DNA of 63,865 bases, counting the filler, from Sluysia triapertura (taxonomy: Eukaryota), in assembly GCA_046118255.1 (NCBI GenBank). It is 4 parts of 4 records of this genome, joined end to end, with 100 filler letters (N's around TTAATTAATTAA, not from the genome) between each part and the next. Parts side by side here need not be neighbours in the genome. Positions count along the whole stretch, not along the records: positions 21,354 to 37,231 come from JBJNIA010216141.1; 3 more parts are not named here. One strand, 5' to 3'. Position 1 is the stretch's first letter, and each line of letters opens with the position of its first letter. A model generated the notes under the pieces. It did not search any database and was not told the origin of the DNA. It saw nothing but the letters and a program-made list of their open reading frames with translations. The position numbers and the translations under genes are program-made. Shown here piece by piece: positions 24,143 through 37,331 of this stretch.

Positions 24143-25923
24143 AAAGTTACAGTTTTATTAAAATTTGGTATTATTATTATACTTATTACCAAAATCATTT
24201 ATTGTTTAAATCAACTTTATTAAAAAGTAGGTTAAGGTATATAAACAAATGCATAAATGTTCAAAAACACACGATCGACTTAGTTAAAAATAAGTTTTTG
24301 CAAAAAAGCTCATTTTTGAAGTTTCATTTGCATCAAGAACATTAAAGATACATTACGAATAATTTCACGGACAAACAAATCTTTTCAAAGAAACTTTGTG
24401 GATAATTTTACGGAAAACTTTATATTATTTATTGAATACGTTAGTTTTTATTGTAGGTTGTTACGATTTTAATTTTTTGCAAAATTTATTATTTAATATA
24501 CTGTTTTTTGAAAACCCATTTTTTAAGAAGGAAACAATTAAAATATATATATGGATTATATCATAATCTGGTAAAATTTTATATTTATATCTTGTTACAT
24601 TGTGTATTTTCATTTGAATTGTAATTTTATTCAATAATTTTTAAGGTTCCCGATTTTATTCGGAAGTAACTTTTTACATTAAAATACCAAAAAGTCAGAT
24701 AAACTAAATTAAGTACGCCGTTTTTACACGGTCGAAAACTACAGGTAAAATCCTTTTGAAGTTTTTGTTAATTTTTAGATTTCAGATAATTAAATAACCG
24801 ACAAGAAAAAATTTATTAAGTTTTTAAGAAATTAACATAAACATAACAGACTTCTGCATTAAGCATCTCGTTTGAAAAATTCAATTAAGTTTTTCACATT
24901 AGCTTATCACTGAGGTTGTCAAGAAAAATCTGTTTGAGAACCTCCATAATTTCTTCTAAGATACTGCCTGCAACTTAGCCCTTAAGTGTGTAAGTTTAAG
25001 ATTGTAGGGAACTCACGTTAAGAATAAATAAAATTTTCTTTACCTCTTCACGTCTGCTTATTAACAATAACCAAGACTTAAAAAGCTTTTTTCATTTTAA
25101 AATCTTTTAAACACGTGTGTAAAATAAATGAAACTGATTTTATAAGTTTGAACTGTAAACAAGTCCAATTCAACAACATATTTTGAATGAAGGTTTTAAT
25201 AAAATACTTTTATATAAATTAACTCGCAAAAACTCTAAAATTATAAACTAAATTAGAACAAAGAGTGCATTAATAGCCAGTTTATTTATTCTATTATTGC
25301 TTACATTTCCATTACACAACTTTTGTATCTTAAGTAAGCTAATTTACTATTTAACGGTTAATATAACAATTTCGAATTCACAAGCATTACTTCATTTTCT
25401 TCATCTTAATATCCACTAAATTTAAAATGAATTAATTCCCAATTCAGTTGCATATCATTTATATGACACAGCTAACTATAATTTTAATCTATTTAAATAT
25501 GATGCTTTTAATTAATTTTTAATAATTTTGTTTTTATCGTTAAAATTTGAACAATGTTTCATATTTAAAATTTTAATATAGTTTTAGATATAGTTTCACT
25601 TTTTGAATATGTATTTTAGAAAAATGTATATAAATTGTCTACAAATATGCTTTATTTTTAATACAAATGAATAAAAATAATTTCAAGTATTGATATATAA
25701 ATTATGAAATAATACTTTTATTAATACTAATAATTTTGCGTGTACGAATTCTTTTGTTTTAATAAATTTTGACAGTATTAAGGCTAAAGTTATGTAATGT
25801 AAAAAATGTGAAATTATTTTTATTATTAGCATTGCTGTTATATTATAATTATTTTTAATACTATTATGTATCATTTTATATTATACATTGTTTCATATAT
25901 ATACTATATTATTATTATTATTA

Positions 25924-25970
<47 letters not shown>

Positions 25971-26028
25971 TATTATTATTATTATTATTTAAACCCGTTT
26001 TTCGAAAATTGTATTTATTTTATGAATA

Positions 26029-28010
26029 ATGAATTTTTTGACATTTTTGTCTAAGCATTATATTAGTGAAGATTTGAAATTATTATCATATGGAACAACA
26101 GGTTATCGGCTGAAGGCAGATAAACTCTTGGGAATTACTGTTCGCATTACTATTTTAGGAGTAATCAAATCGATATTTGAAGTAAGTAAATATAGCTGAC
26201 ATTAAATTTAAAAAGAAACGTGCCATTGGATTAATGATTACTGCTTCTCATAATCCTGAATGCGATAATGGTATTAAAGTTATTGAATATAATGGAGATA
26301 TGATACCAAAAAAATGGGAAACTTTAGCTGTTGAATTTGTGAACTTTCCAAATGAAAATGTAATCGATTGCATTACAAATAAATGCAAAGATTTAAATAT
26401 AAATTTCAGTGATACAAGTAATTTAAAATTTTTAATATGATAATATAATTCAGAAAATGCAGTTATTTTAATTGGACACGACACCCGTAAAAGTTCACCT
26501 TATTTGGTTGACTTAATTAAAAAAACATTAGATTATTTAGAATCTAAGTATTTAATATTTAAGAATGTAACTACACCGCAGTTGCATTATTTTGTGAAAC
26601 AATATGTACGTTTTAATTTTTTTAATATTAAATTTAGAATTTCAATAATGAAAGTGATACTAAATCTTTAATGGAAAATTATTTTAATCGAATCATTGAA
26701 GCTTTTAATCGTGATAAATTATCAAATAATAAAATACCTGTTATTAATGTAGACTGTGCGAATGGTGTTGGTAGTTTACATTTAAGGCAATTAAAAAATA
26801 ATATATCTAATAATTTAATCATTAACTTATTTAATACATCTACAGAAGAGAATCTCAATGATAAATGTGGTGCTGATTTCGTCAAGGTTAGATTTTTTAG
26901 TACAAATTTTGAATTGTAAACATATATTATAATTATATATACATTCATTAAATCGTGAATCTAACAGAAAATGAATAACGACCAAGACATATTTAACAAA
27001 ACATCAGGTTTAAATATGAAACCATTTTGTTCCACGTACTTTCACTATTATCTACGCTAAGTAAAACCCCAATATGAATGAGTACACCGAAATTCTTCCA
27101 TTTTTAAACTCGTTAACCCTAAATTTAATAATTGTATTCAATGAAAATTCATTTTTAATTCTTCTTGTACACAAAACTTTATAACTTTAATCATGTGTTT
27201 TGTTAACATATAAGTTTTAAATTTTCACAAAAGATGAACAATATCATAATTTTCTTTCATTAAGTAAAACTTATCACGCTCCTTAATCAAAATATTTTCA
27301 AAAAACACTAATTTTAAAAATAAAATTGAAGAAATGATGTATGATTTTTTATTTAGGAGTTTAGATTACATTTATTTTTAATCTTTTCAAACCTAAACCT
27401 AAATAAAAATATAAAATTACAATTTTTGTAGGAAGGGTAGAAATAATATTTTAATATTTAGTGTTTGTGCTACACACACTATTTGATGTTTAGACTAATT
27501 TTTACGTAAAAATTATTAAATAAAAAAAGTAGATTACGTTTCTCCCTAAAACCGATAAATATTTTATACCAAAAATTATAATATACAAAAACAATAAAAC
27601 AGATGTGAATTTTATTATTTAATATAATTTAGTTAAACCAAACTGTTCCTATGTTATACAACGGTGATTCTCACGGATGCGCATTGAATATTTTACCTCA
27701 CACCCGATGGTGTTCTATAGATGGTGATGCAGATCGCTTAATATATTATTATATGCACGATTCACATTTCTGTATGTTAGACGGTGACAAAATAGCTGTT
27801 TTAATTGCACAGTATTTGTCTGAACTAGTATTTAAACGTCTAAACTGGTCTGATCAAGTCAGTATGGCTGTAATTCAAACTGCTTACGCAAATTCTGCTA
27901 GTACTGAGTTTTTACAAAATCAGCTTAATATCCATACAATTTGTGTTCCAACTGGTGTAAAGCATTTACATGAAGCTGCAAAACAATACGATATTGGAAT
28001 TTATTTTGAG
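26029..28010 (+). CDS. PGM3: Phosphoacetylglucosamine mutase, 5' five exons (26029-26181, 26216-26417, 26454-26605, 26638-26886, 27633-28010)
   Basis: The spliced frame is open and contains YGTTGYR, MITASHNP (phosphoserine), GHDTR, TTPQLHY, DCANGVG, DGDADR, QTAYAN, TGVKHLH and GIYFE. GT-AG introns of 34, 36, 32 and 746 nt. 3' exons not found. Confidence 0.93.
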
Positions 28011-29369
28011 GTATAAATAAATTAAATTAAATTACATGCAAATATTAAATTAATATTTATAGTTGAAAATAATATTTAAATTGGTATTGATTTATTTTGC
28101 CTGCGTTTATATATAATTGTGTTGATAGGTTGTTTGACAATGTTTAAAATGTGTTACATGTTTAAGTATAACTGAAAGAGGTTTGATAAAGAATATACGT
28201 CTAGAAGTGTAAACAGTGTTGTTTTTGTAATAGTAGTTAAGATGGAACGTGTGGATCAGCGCGAATCTTTCGAAAGGAAGAGGTTTAAGGTAAATGCTGC
28301 TAATATTGCTCGTCTTTGCTTCTCCAAATGAAGTTTGAAGAGAGTTTAATGTAGTATAGCTTAGTATTTAAACAATAATACATCCATTATTGTAGCTTAA
28401 TATCTTAACTATTATGCATTTACTTTTAATTTTGTAGGGTGTTTGAATATTATTAGTAATTGTTTTTAGAAGATTTAGTGAGTCTATCTGATGCCAAATA
28501 CAAACGATAAATTTACATCATATCTGATGAGCTTATACAACAGAAACCATATTTCAATGTAGAAAAATGCAATTGCGAAATTTTTATTGATAAAGTTTTT
28601 AAAAAATTTTAAAATAAATCAAAATTTTAGGAAAACCAGTTGCAATTGTAAATTAAGTTTGAAAGAAATTCTTTACTGAAAAACATAAAAATACACGTAT
28701 TTATAAATCCCAAATATATTTTTTAAAGGTTGTAAATAATTATTTTTATTTGTGAATTGATATTTTTATTTAAAATATTTTATATTTTATGCATTTTTAT
28801 GTTAGTATTTATAAGACATTATAAATATTATAAATACTATAAAAAAATTATTAAAATTACTATTCTTTAAGAATTATAATTACAATTATTAAAATTAAAA
28901 TTAATAATTATTTTAAAATTAATTCAAAAATAAGTTTCTAGAAATGAATTGTTTTAATAAATCAAATTTATAAATATGATTATTTATAGTCATAAGACTA
29001 TAAAGATACACAAAGAACATCAAAGCGACCATTTTGATATAGTGATCATATTGAACTCAGTGATTTAGTGATTAAGTGATCAAACTCAAGTTTCAAGTAG
29101 TTCCATCAATCCAAATATTCGCAACAACATTTTGATCTCAAACCTGCGATTAGAGAGATCGCAATTTCTAATTATCTTCTATATTAAGTAGTAAGTTTAT
29201 TTTAAATAATTTGTAGACTCGCAAGAGTTAAAATATCAACTTAAACTACTTAATTTTCAGTTGGTCATTAAGTCCAATTATAAAATAATACCAAAATCTA
29301 AAATCATTTTTTCGTTGACCCTTAAGGTCAATTACAAAATAACATTAGATGGATTGAGTCTTCGGGCTA

Positions 29370-29585
29370 GGTCTTTTTTCTTAACTAATAATACAGGTGA
29401 TGCAAAAGGAGAAAAACTAGGTCTAATCACTCCAGCCTTTTTATAGTATCGATTTGTTCCTTCATTTCTTTTTGGTTACATATTGGAATTCTATATGGTT
29501 TCCATCGCATGACTTTATCTTCTACTAATGGTATTTCGTGCTTAATTATAACTGAGTTCCCAATATCGTATTTATTATAGTATGC
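29370..29585 (-). pseudogene. Gypsy RT N-terminus (truncated)
   Basis: DIGNSVIIKHEIPLVEDKVMRWKPYRIP...AGVIRPSFSPFASPVLLVKKKD. Confidence 0.9.
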
Positions 29586-29928
29586 CTTTTCGATTTATCT
29601 GTAATAATATTAACATGTGTTTCTACACTATAATTAACGATTCGGCCCAATTTCGTACCAGTGTATAACCATTTATCCTCATTTGTATAATTGATCAATC
29701 GTTTGTATAATTTTCCTTCGCATATATTACAGATTTAGTCCGCTATAACAATGTCAATTTTCTCTTGGTTAATTTCTGATGCGATGAACATTATTCTTCC
29801 AGGCATAATATATGTGCCTCTACTTAGCAACCATAATGGTTCTTATAGAAATACATCGTCTTCATCTATAGTCCTACGTGAATAACTGTCCATTAATTGT
29901 GCTTTATCAAAATCTAATGCAGCACTCT

Positions 29929-30215
29929 TTAGTTGTAACAATATGTCCATTCCATTATCATATCTTCAGGACAATTTTTCATCACTCTTAGTTTTGCGTC
30001 GAATTTGCTTTGTCCTAATTCACAGTGTGCTTTCATTATACCGACTATGTGGATTGCATCTCCAGTAACACCTGCTAGGTGTGATAAATGCTCAGAAAGT
30101 ACCTTTAGTTCTTTATCAGAGAGAAGATTTTCATTTATCAATGATGCCACTCACCGGTATCTATCAGTGCCGAAATTTTCCTTCCATTAATTCTTATATC
30201 GACCATGGGTCGTTT
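29929..30215 (-). pseudogene. Retroviral-type aspartic protease
   Basis: RPMVDIRINGRKISALIDTG/(frameshift)ASLINENLL...LAGVTGDAIHIVG. Confidence 0.9.
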
Positions 30216-30419
30216 TGCTCCATTATAATTATTATTTGCATATGTCATGTATACAACATGTGATGACGGTGGTACCTCAGCCGGATATAATCGTTCCTTT
30301 TGATTTTCTTTTATTTCATTTTCTTTACTCTCAATATCGTGTATTCTCTGTATCACGATGTTTTCTTTTTGTTTTCTTTCCTTTTTTAAGGCGTTTATCT
30401 GTGATTTTACATGATGATG

Positions 30420-32233
30420 TAATAAGTATTTTGCTAAAAAGGGGGAACAACCTATTATTAGTTTCCACGTAAGTCCAGAAATTTTGTAAATTCCTACTAC
30501 CGAAAATACTTGTGATACTATTAGTGCTATAACTTTTATTAGTATGTAAATACCTATTAATCCGAAAAATGCTTGACCTAATGTTAACAACTACCCCAAA
30601 TGTGTTTTAAAGTATTCTGAGCTGCCTTTTTAAAATGATCTGGGCCTAATAGTAGCTCGAAATTTATTTGTCCTCCATTTTCTATTGTGATTTTATATAC
30701 TATGTCTGTTAATATCTTAGCCGTTTTTTTATGGGGAACAGAATTTCTTGCCAAGCGGCTTGTATGCCTTCTTTAGTATATATACCTGAATTTGGAATAT
30801 TTTTTGATGCAAAAAATTTAAGTTTTCCTTTTCATTCGGTCAATCCTATTATTTCAGGTGATTTATGTAGGAGTTATATCCGGAAGTTGTAATCAATTCT
30901 ATATTCCGGTGTCAATTGAATCTTATCATTTGGTTTTATCTTATCATTTGTAAATAATATTCTAGTTACGGGTTCTAAGTATGTTTGTATCTCACCATTT
31001 AATACAGGTAGTTCATTATTACATTGTTTCAGATCTCAATTGTACTTCTGCATTCTTACATTTGTAAGCAAATATAACCTCTTCCATCAACCTACCAAAT
31101 ACTCCTAAAGGTAGTAAAGGTGCTACTAAGTCTGGGTTGTGATTGTTATTGCAAGCTTTGTTCTCAATATTTCTCTGTTTAATTGGCAATCTCTGGCTAT
31201 CATAATTTGGTATATCTTTTCAAAATATATTAGGCTTAAATGATAGTAAAGTCTATCTTATTATTAAAATTTGTATTCAATCTTACATCTTTTGGTTACA
31301 CTCCTTTTTTCGCTTATAATATTGTTTTTTCAGTTAGGTATATCTCTTGATAATTGGTTTCCATAATTTCTTTACCACAACGGATTACTGTTCCTTTCGA
31401 TATAAATATTAATCCGTCTACTTCTTTAGTTGCCATTAAAACTGTTGGTGCTTTTGTTTCACTTAATCTTTTTCTTTGTAAAAATTCTGCATGTACTTGT
31501 TTTTTGTGTAAATCTTCTACCGGTAATTCATCATCTTTTTGATATAAATATCCAGAAACTAAGTTAAATTTTATTTGCTTTAAGAATATCAGGGAGTATT
31601 GTAATTTATTTAATTCATAAATTAAAGTCGATTCCCCGGTATCGCATCGCAACTTGTTTGATGGATTCTACAATATAATCGGGACATCACTGTGCCATTC
31701 TCAATATCAAAACTCATTATGATTTTAAACTTATTGTGTAAGTTTCTTGTGCAACTACATTGTGGTAAATTTTATCTTTGTAATCTATAGATCCTCTTTC
31801 ACGTGTTTCATCGGAATGTACGTTACCTACATTCCTAATATTATAAATTATTTTTGATTCCTTATTCTTATTTTGTCACCCTTATTTAAATTTATATAAC
31901 CAGTTTCAAATGCGTCTCTGCAATTATTCGGTAATATTTTAAAAATTTTTAGCACGTTTGGTAATTCTATAATCGAAGTGTGACTGGTGTCCACAGTACC
32001 ATGTCGCTACTGACCTTTTGGCATGCATTCTCTTACTAGAGTTGACTAAATTTCCTTCTTGATATACATTGAAGACTTGTGTCTCTTATTTGAACTCTAT
32101 TCGGCCTGGATTCTGGGCACTCTGTATCTAATAACGAAAATTTTCTACCAATTTGTGGATTACTACAATTAAAGGCCTTTATCCCGCTAGTTTTATTTAT
32201 TCCAAACATAGCTAATAGTATTACGAAGAACAT
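30420..32233 (-). pseudogene. Chuvirus-like (class III, gB-related) envelope glycoprotein, frameshifted
   Basis: Signal peptide followed by AFNCS...FSLLDTECP; WYCGHQSH; DCQLNREILRTKLAI..NPD..EVIFAYKC..QCNNELPV...YLEPVTRIL; C-terminal LGQAFFGLIGIYILIKVI...YKISGLTWKLI. These are collinear with recalled chuvirus G motifs (YDC, SLLD..C, YCGxHSH, GEVI...C, C..LPV..L.P.T.IL). Confidence 0.8.
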
Positions 32234-32333
32234 GTTATTCGTTGAACTATTTAATCTAAGTATAATATTGTTTAACGCGTTATTAAATAAATTTGATAAA
32301 ATATCAGATGATTTATTTTGTTTATTCTTTTCC

Positions 32334-33600
32334 TTAATTATATTTCTCGAACTTCCAAAGCTTAAGTTTCTTATCGATAAGTTCTATAATCTTATCTATT
32401 TTGTCTATAATGAGTGACTTTGCTCGGTCACATTGGTATATTACATATGCTAAAATTATTTTAACTATTTTATTATTTATACCTGACTTAATCTGTTTAT
32501 CTATTATTAGTTTATACTGTCCAGTATCTATAAAATTACTAATGTCCTTATCCTTATATTTATTTTCTATTTGTTTCACTAATTCTATTAGGGATAATCT
32601 GTATCCTTTCATTTTTCGAAGTACTTTCTTATATTTAACAAAGTCTGCAAATTTATGCGACAATAATGCATAAACTATATTCTTAGCATCAAAAGTACTA
32701 ATATTACCTGTATCATAATTTATTTTAGTCAATTCAATATTATTCTTGTGCAGGGGATGCGACAATCGTCGTATTTCCATTATATTCATTTTTTCTTGGT
32801 CGACCAGGACTTCTTTTTATAGTATTCGTTTCCTTATCATTAGTTTCAATGTGAGGGTTACTGTTTAAATCAATTATGTATTCGGTTTTCTTCATTATAT
32901 TTTCATCATTAATTTCCGTATTATTTGTAAGTACATCTGTATTATTTTCCATTAACTGTTTCATGTAATGTGCGGAGTTCTATCTAAATTAACACCATCA
33001 TATATTTTTGTAATAGCACAGGTTTATTTTTACGGTAATCATTGAAGAACTCGTCTGGTTCTAGCTTTCTATCATGATAATACTAGATTACATCCATTAT
33101 AGAAATATAATTCAACTTAATTATATCAATAATTTCTTCTACTATTGTAGTCACGGGTAATTCTATAAAAACGTTAATTGACTCATTAATTAATACATTT
33201 ATTTTCATTAGTGCACTGGGCTCTTTGACCCTTTCCATTTGATCAATTTTCCTTAACAATGTCGTAGCTTTTGCTTTATAAGAACTATTTTCTTGACTTA
33301 AAATCACTAAATTCGATTTTATACTTTGTCCATCAATCCAAGATATATCTGAAGTGAGTAAATTTTCCATAGTTTTATCAATATCTTTCGCTTGCGTTTT
33401 CACTGTTTAGAGCCGATTCGGAGTTGTTTACTTCTTTTTCTTTGTTAACTGAAATTATAATTATTTCGTTTTCACTAAAATTATCTTTTTGCCTATTTAC
33501 CTTTATTTCCTCTTCAGGTATTTTTATTTTGTTTTTATCATTTTTATATTCTCCATTTATCGGTACTCGATGGATATTATTTGTACTTATATATTCATCA
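32334..33600 (-). pseudogene. Unassigned coding region of the element, including an AT-hook
   Basis: Consecutive minus-strand ORF pieces (33083-33403, 32740-32964, 32334-32789); KRSPGRPRK. Confidence 0.5.
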
Positions 33601-34926
33601 TCTATTATTACTTGATAGAGATATCATTTGTATTTTTATTCCAATCATCCAAAATTTTTTCCGCTTTCTTGTTTTCTTCTGTTTTGATCTTGCTATTCTT
33701 TCTTTTTTCTTTATAAATTGTTCATATAAATAGTTTACGAATGTTTCATCTTCATCTTGTTTTCTCGTTAATCTGTTTTGTTTTTCTTCATCATTGTCAT
33801 CCAATTTTAACCTGTGGTATTCATACAGTATTTTTGTTTCATCTTCTGTCAATCTACCCCAACTTCTTCCATATCCATTTCCTTCATATTCTTCACCAAG
33901 GCTGTCATAATCATATTCTTGTGTTTCATAGTTATAATTTACTTGTGTCCTTTTATTATTTTTCTCATTAAACCTTACCTTTCTTGATGGAGCTTGTCCC
34001 TTTATTGGTTGATAATTTTGCATCCTACTTAAGTCTTGGTTAAAAGTATCTGATTTTAATTTCTTACTATTTCGTGCGTAATGTCTTTTTCTATTACAAT
34101 TATGACATACTTTTATAATTATTATTTGTAAATTCCTCATTATTCGGCCACCTTGGCGAATGTCTGCTCAAATTCTCTTGTTTCATTATAACTTATTGCA
34201 AATCCTCTTGATCTTCCTCTTAGATTATAATCATTTTTTCGTGTGTTAAAATTATTTCTCCTATAATTACTGGTATTATTATCTGAAAAAGACGTATTTC
34301 TAAATGTATCGTCTCTTAAATTATATCCTGGGCTCTTTTCTCTCTTATCATCATCACATACAAAATTTACATTATTCTTTTCTTCAAATTTAGATCTCTC
34401 TATTCCTCTTAATTTTTTGACTATCTCCTTAAATGATTGATTGTCTATTAAATTAACGTAGATTCTTAACTCCGGACGAAGTCCGCTCTTAAAGAAGTTA
34501 TTTCCTTCTTATCTTCTGGAATCTTAGTTCGGGCCACTGGACACTTGAGTGCGCATGCATATTCGTATACAGTTTCGAGAGGTTTTGTTTTATATTTAAC
34601 ATTCGTGTGTAGTATTTGCATTTGTAATCCAAAGAGATTTCTTCCGTGAAAGCGTCAACAAAAGTGTTCCAGTTAATTTTCTTTGTGTTGTCTATTTCTT
34701 TGTATGTTTGAATGGCAATACCTGTAAGATAATTTTGGATTCTCTTAATTTTCTCTAATTCCGACCAGCCATTAGCCTCACACAAGTTCTCTTCGGCTCC
34801 GTTAAACTTACGCATTTCTGGTAATACTACTGCGGGTTTTATGTCCCGTGCAAACTGTAATTCTTTAAATTCATTAATTGGTACTGACTTTTTAATGTCT
34901 TCTAATACAACTTTTATATCCTGCAA
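33598..34926 (-). pseudogene. Gag (capsid-like region and degenerate CCHC knuckle)
   Basis: KFNG...CEANGWSELEKIKRIQNYLTGIA...WNTFVDAFTEE; FFKSGLRPE; CHNCNRKRHYARNS. Confidence 0.85.
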
Positions 34927-34961
34927 TGAAATGCCAATATTTTCAAAAATGTTTCACGTTG

Positions 34962-34979
34962 GTCCCAATTCGGGCGCCA
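34962..34979 (-). promoter_or_regulatory. Primer binding site (tRNA-Lys)
   Basis: TGGCGCCCGAATTGGGAC, 16/18 identical to the canonical Lys PBS TGGCGCCCGAACAGGGAC, just upstream of gag. Confidence 0.85.
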
Positions 34980-35419
34980 AATTTTGCTGAGTTTCTGTTT
35001 TCTTTTAACTCTAAAACTTATCTAACAGCAAAATAGATTAATATTCAGAGTCAGTATAATACTTAGTAATAGCGTATCTTTAAATAACGTGAAAATATGC
35101 GTTATTTTACTTCAATGTGCGTTACAAGTAATTCGTGGAAAAATACTGTGTGGAGGGCGAAAATTGTTTTATTTTATACAATTTATTATTATTTGTTTTT
35201 AAACTTTTATAAAAGATTGGAATTAGACAAACTATAATTAAACAAAAACGATTTAAAAATATTTTTATTATATTTAACAAAATAGGCGTAAGGCCTGTGA
35301 AAATTAGCAAATTCAACATTAAAACAAAATTTAACACGTTAACGAAATTTGTTGTTTTATTAATAAAATTTAAGCAATAAAAAAACAAGAAAAATGTTAA
35401 TAACAATAAATAAATTAGA

Positions 35420-35855
35420 TTACCATCATCAATATTAAAATTGTAGTTCGGGACGTGCACCTTCGTTGGAATAACCGATGTAAATATGTGACAACATTGA
35501 CTATGATATACTTTATTCAAAATGGTTATCATTCCTTTTAAATAGGAATATCCACAATTGGAATCATGTCGAGGATCATTATATACCGTAGTTTTGTCTA
35601 TGGGACATGTTGTTTTATCACGAAATACGCATGTAGAAATACATATTATTTTGGAAAGATTATATTTACAAAGTATAAAACATTGTCATTAATTTTTGTA
35701 TTATCTCTAGAAAGATCAAAATCATTCTTCATGTTATTGTACAGACCACCAACTTTAGCAGCTAGATGAATAGTTGGTTTATATTTCATAAATAACTCTT
35801 TGCGTTCTTGTATATTTTTTAATTCGGCATCTCTGGAACTACAAAACATGTATAG
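35420..35855 (-). pseudogene. GFUS: GDP-L-fucose synthase fragment (frameshifted)
   Basis: SSRDAEL...KPTIHLAAKVGGLYNNMK..INDNVL/(frameshift)CISTCVFRDKTTCPID..SNCGYSYLKGMI..FTSVIPT..NFNIDDG then a GT donor. The N-terminal GxxGxxG motif is absent. Confidence 0.88.
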
Positions 35856-37231
35856 ATCCAAATAACATACGTCGTTATCATGATAATCTCTTCTCGGTTT
35901 TGCATATAAATAATGATTATCCGTATTTAATATAATGTTCATTAGATTTACGCTAAGTAGGACATTTCTGTATAGAAAATTTGTTTCCTCCTTGTGATGT
36001 GATGAGAACATGTAAGCATAAACGAACAATAATAACTTTAGCATTTTTACAACTAATGAAAAATATTGATTTTATTTTTATAATGTAATTCCTATTGATA
36101 ATAATACTTTAATATAATAAATATATAAATTTTAACTGTTTCCTAAGTTACCATATTTCTCTTAGTGTCAGATTTTCTTAAAGTTTATAAAATATCGATT
36201 CTGATGAAATGTTTTCAATGTATTCAAGAATATTACATTCAAACAAGATCTTGTATCTTATAAATATTTATTTAAGTGTTAAACAAACAATTAAAGCGTT
36301 ATTTAAAATGTTGCTATATTTCCGTAGTGATTATTTCGGTATATATATTGAAACTTGATAATTATTTGGTTTATATCTTGAAAATAAAGAAGTAAATATC
36401 ATTTAGAAATGCTGTGCTTAATTTAATTATAAAGTACAACTGCACTAAAACGTATTTGTGCTTTACAATCTAAAAATTGTTAACGTAATAGTTCATTTGT
36501 CAAAATCGAAACCAAATACAACAATAAGTTCAGAATTTCAAACTTAATTTAAAATTTATGACATCCGAAATCTTTAGATACAAGCAAAAACACAATCTTG
36601 AATATAAGTTAAATTATTGGCTTGATAGTCACTTTAAAACTCCATTTACAATAGTCATTCGTTCAATTTTAACTTATCAATAATATCGCTAAAACTCAGT
36701 AAATGTTATGATTGTTGCGTTAAATCAATAACTAAAGGCAAATGTTAGAAGCTTGTTAAATAATCGGCCACGTTTTTCATACATTATAAATAATGTATCA
36801 GTAATACAATGTAAATATTAATTATAGAAGCAATTTTGTTGTCTATATTGAATATTACATTGCTGTTACGTAAGATGATTACTTTCAAGTCATTATTATT
36901 CATTTTTAAATACTATTGCCAGATATTTTGATGAAATTATGAACTATCTTATCTACTTTCAAAAATTTTGATTTTAATATAGTATTTAAAAATCTTGTTT
37001 CGTAATATTCAAAATTATACATAACAATAGTGTGATAATAATCACGATAAATACAAATGATGGTCATAATTAATTTTCTTTAAATTACAATAACTAGATT
37101 CATTTATTGCAGAAAGTTTCAATAAATATTTTTGATTGTCAGATATTAACGGTAATTTTTCAATATTTTGTATATAGAGTGCAACAATTAAACAAATTGC
37201 ACATAGTAATAATATAATTATTCCAATTAAT

Positions 37232-37331
37232 NNNNNNNNNNNNNNNNNNNNNNNNNNNNNNNNNNNNNNNNNNNNTTAATTAATTAANNNNNNNNNNNNN
37301 NNNNNNNNNNNNNNNNNNNNNNNNNNNNNNN
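37232..37331. other. Synthetic contig linker
   Basis: N-TTAATTAATTAA-N. Confidence 0.9.

Larger units (their letters stand above)
29370..35126 (-). mobile_element. Degraded, 3'-truncated Ty3/Gypsy LTR retrotransposon with an env-like gene between gag and pol
   Basis: Order on the minus strand: candidate LTR (TGTAAC at 35126), tRNA-Lys PBS, gag with zinc knuckle, extra coding region, glycoprotein, aspartic protease, RT N-terminus. Confidence 0.88.

Noticed and set aside
26248-26948. Minus-strand ORFs over PGM3 (and plus-strand ORFs over the Gypsy element and MROH1)
   Set aside because: Antisense shadows of real coding sequence.
28524-28550. Hammerhead ribozyme (CTGATGA...GAAAC)
   Set aside because: No stem II pairing and no convincing stems I/III.
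29000-29370. 3' LTR of the Gypsy element
   Set aside because: No match to 34985-35126; the element is truncated within RT.
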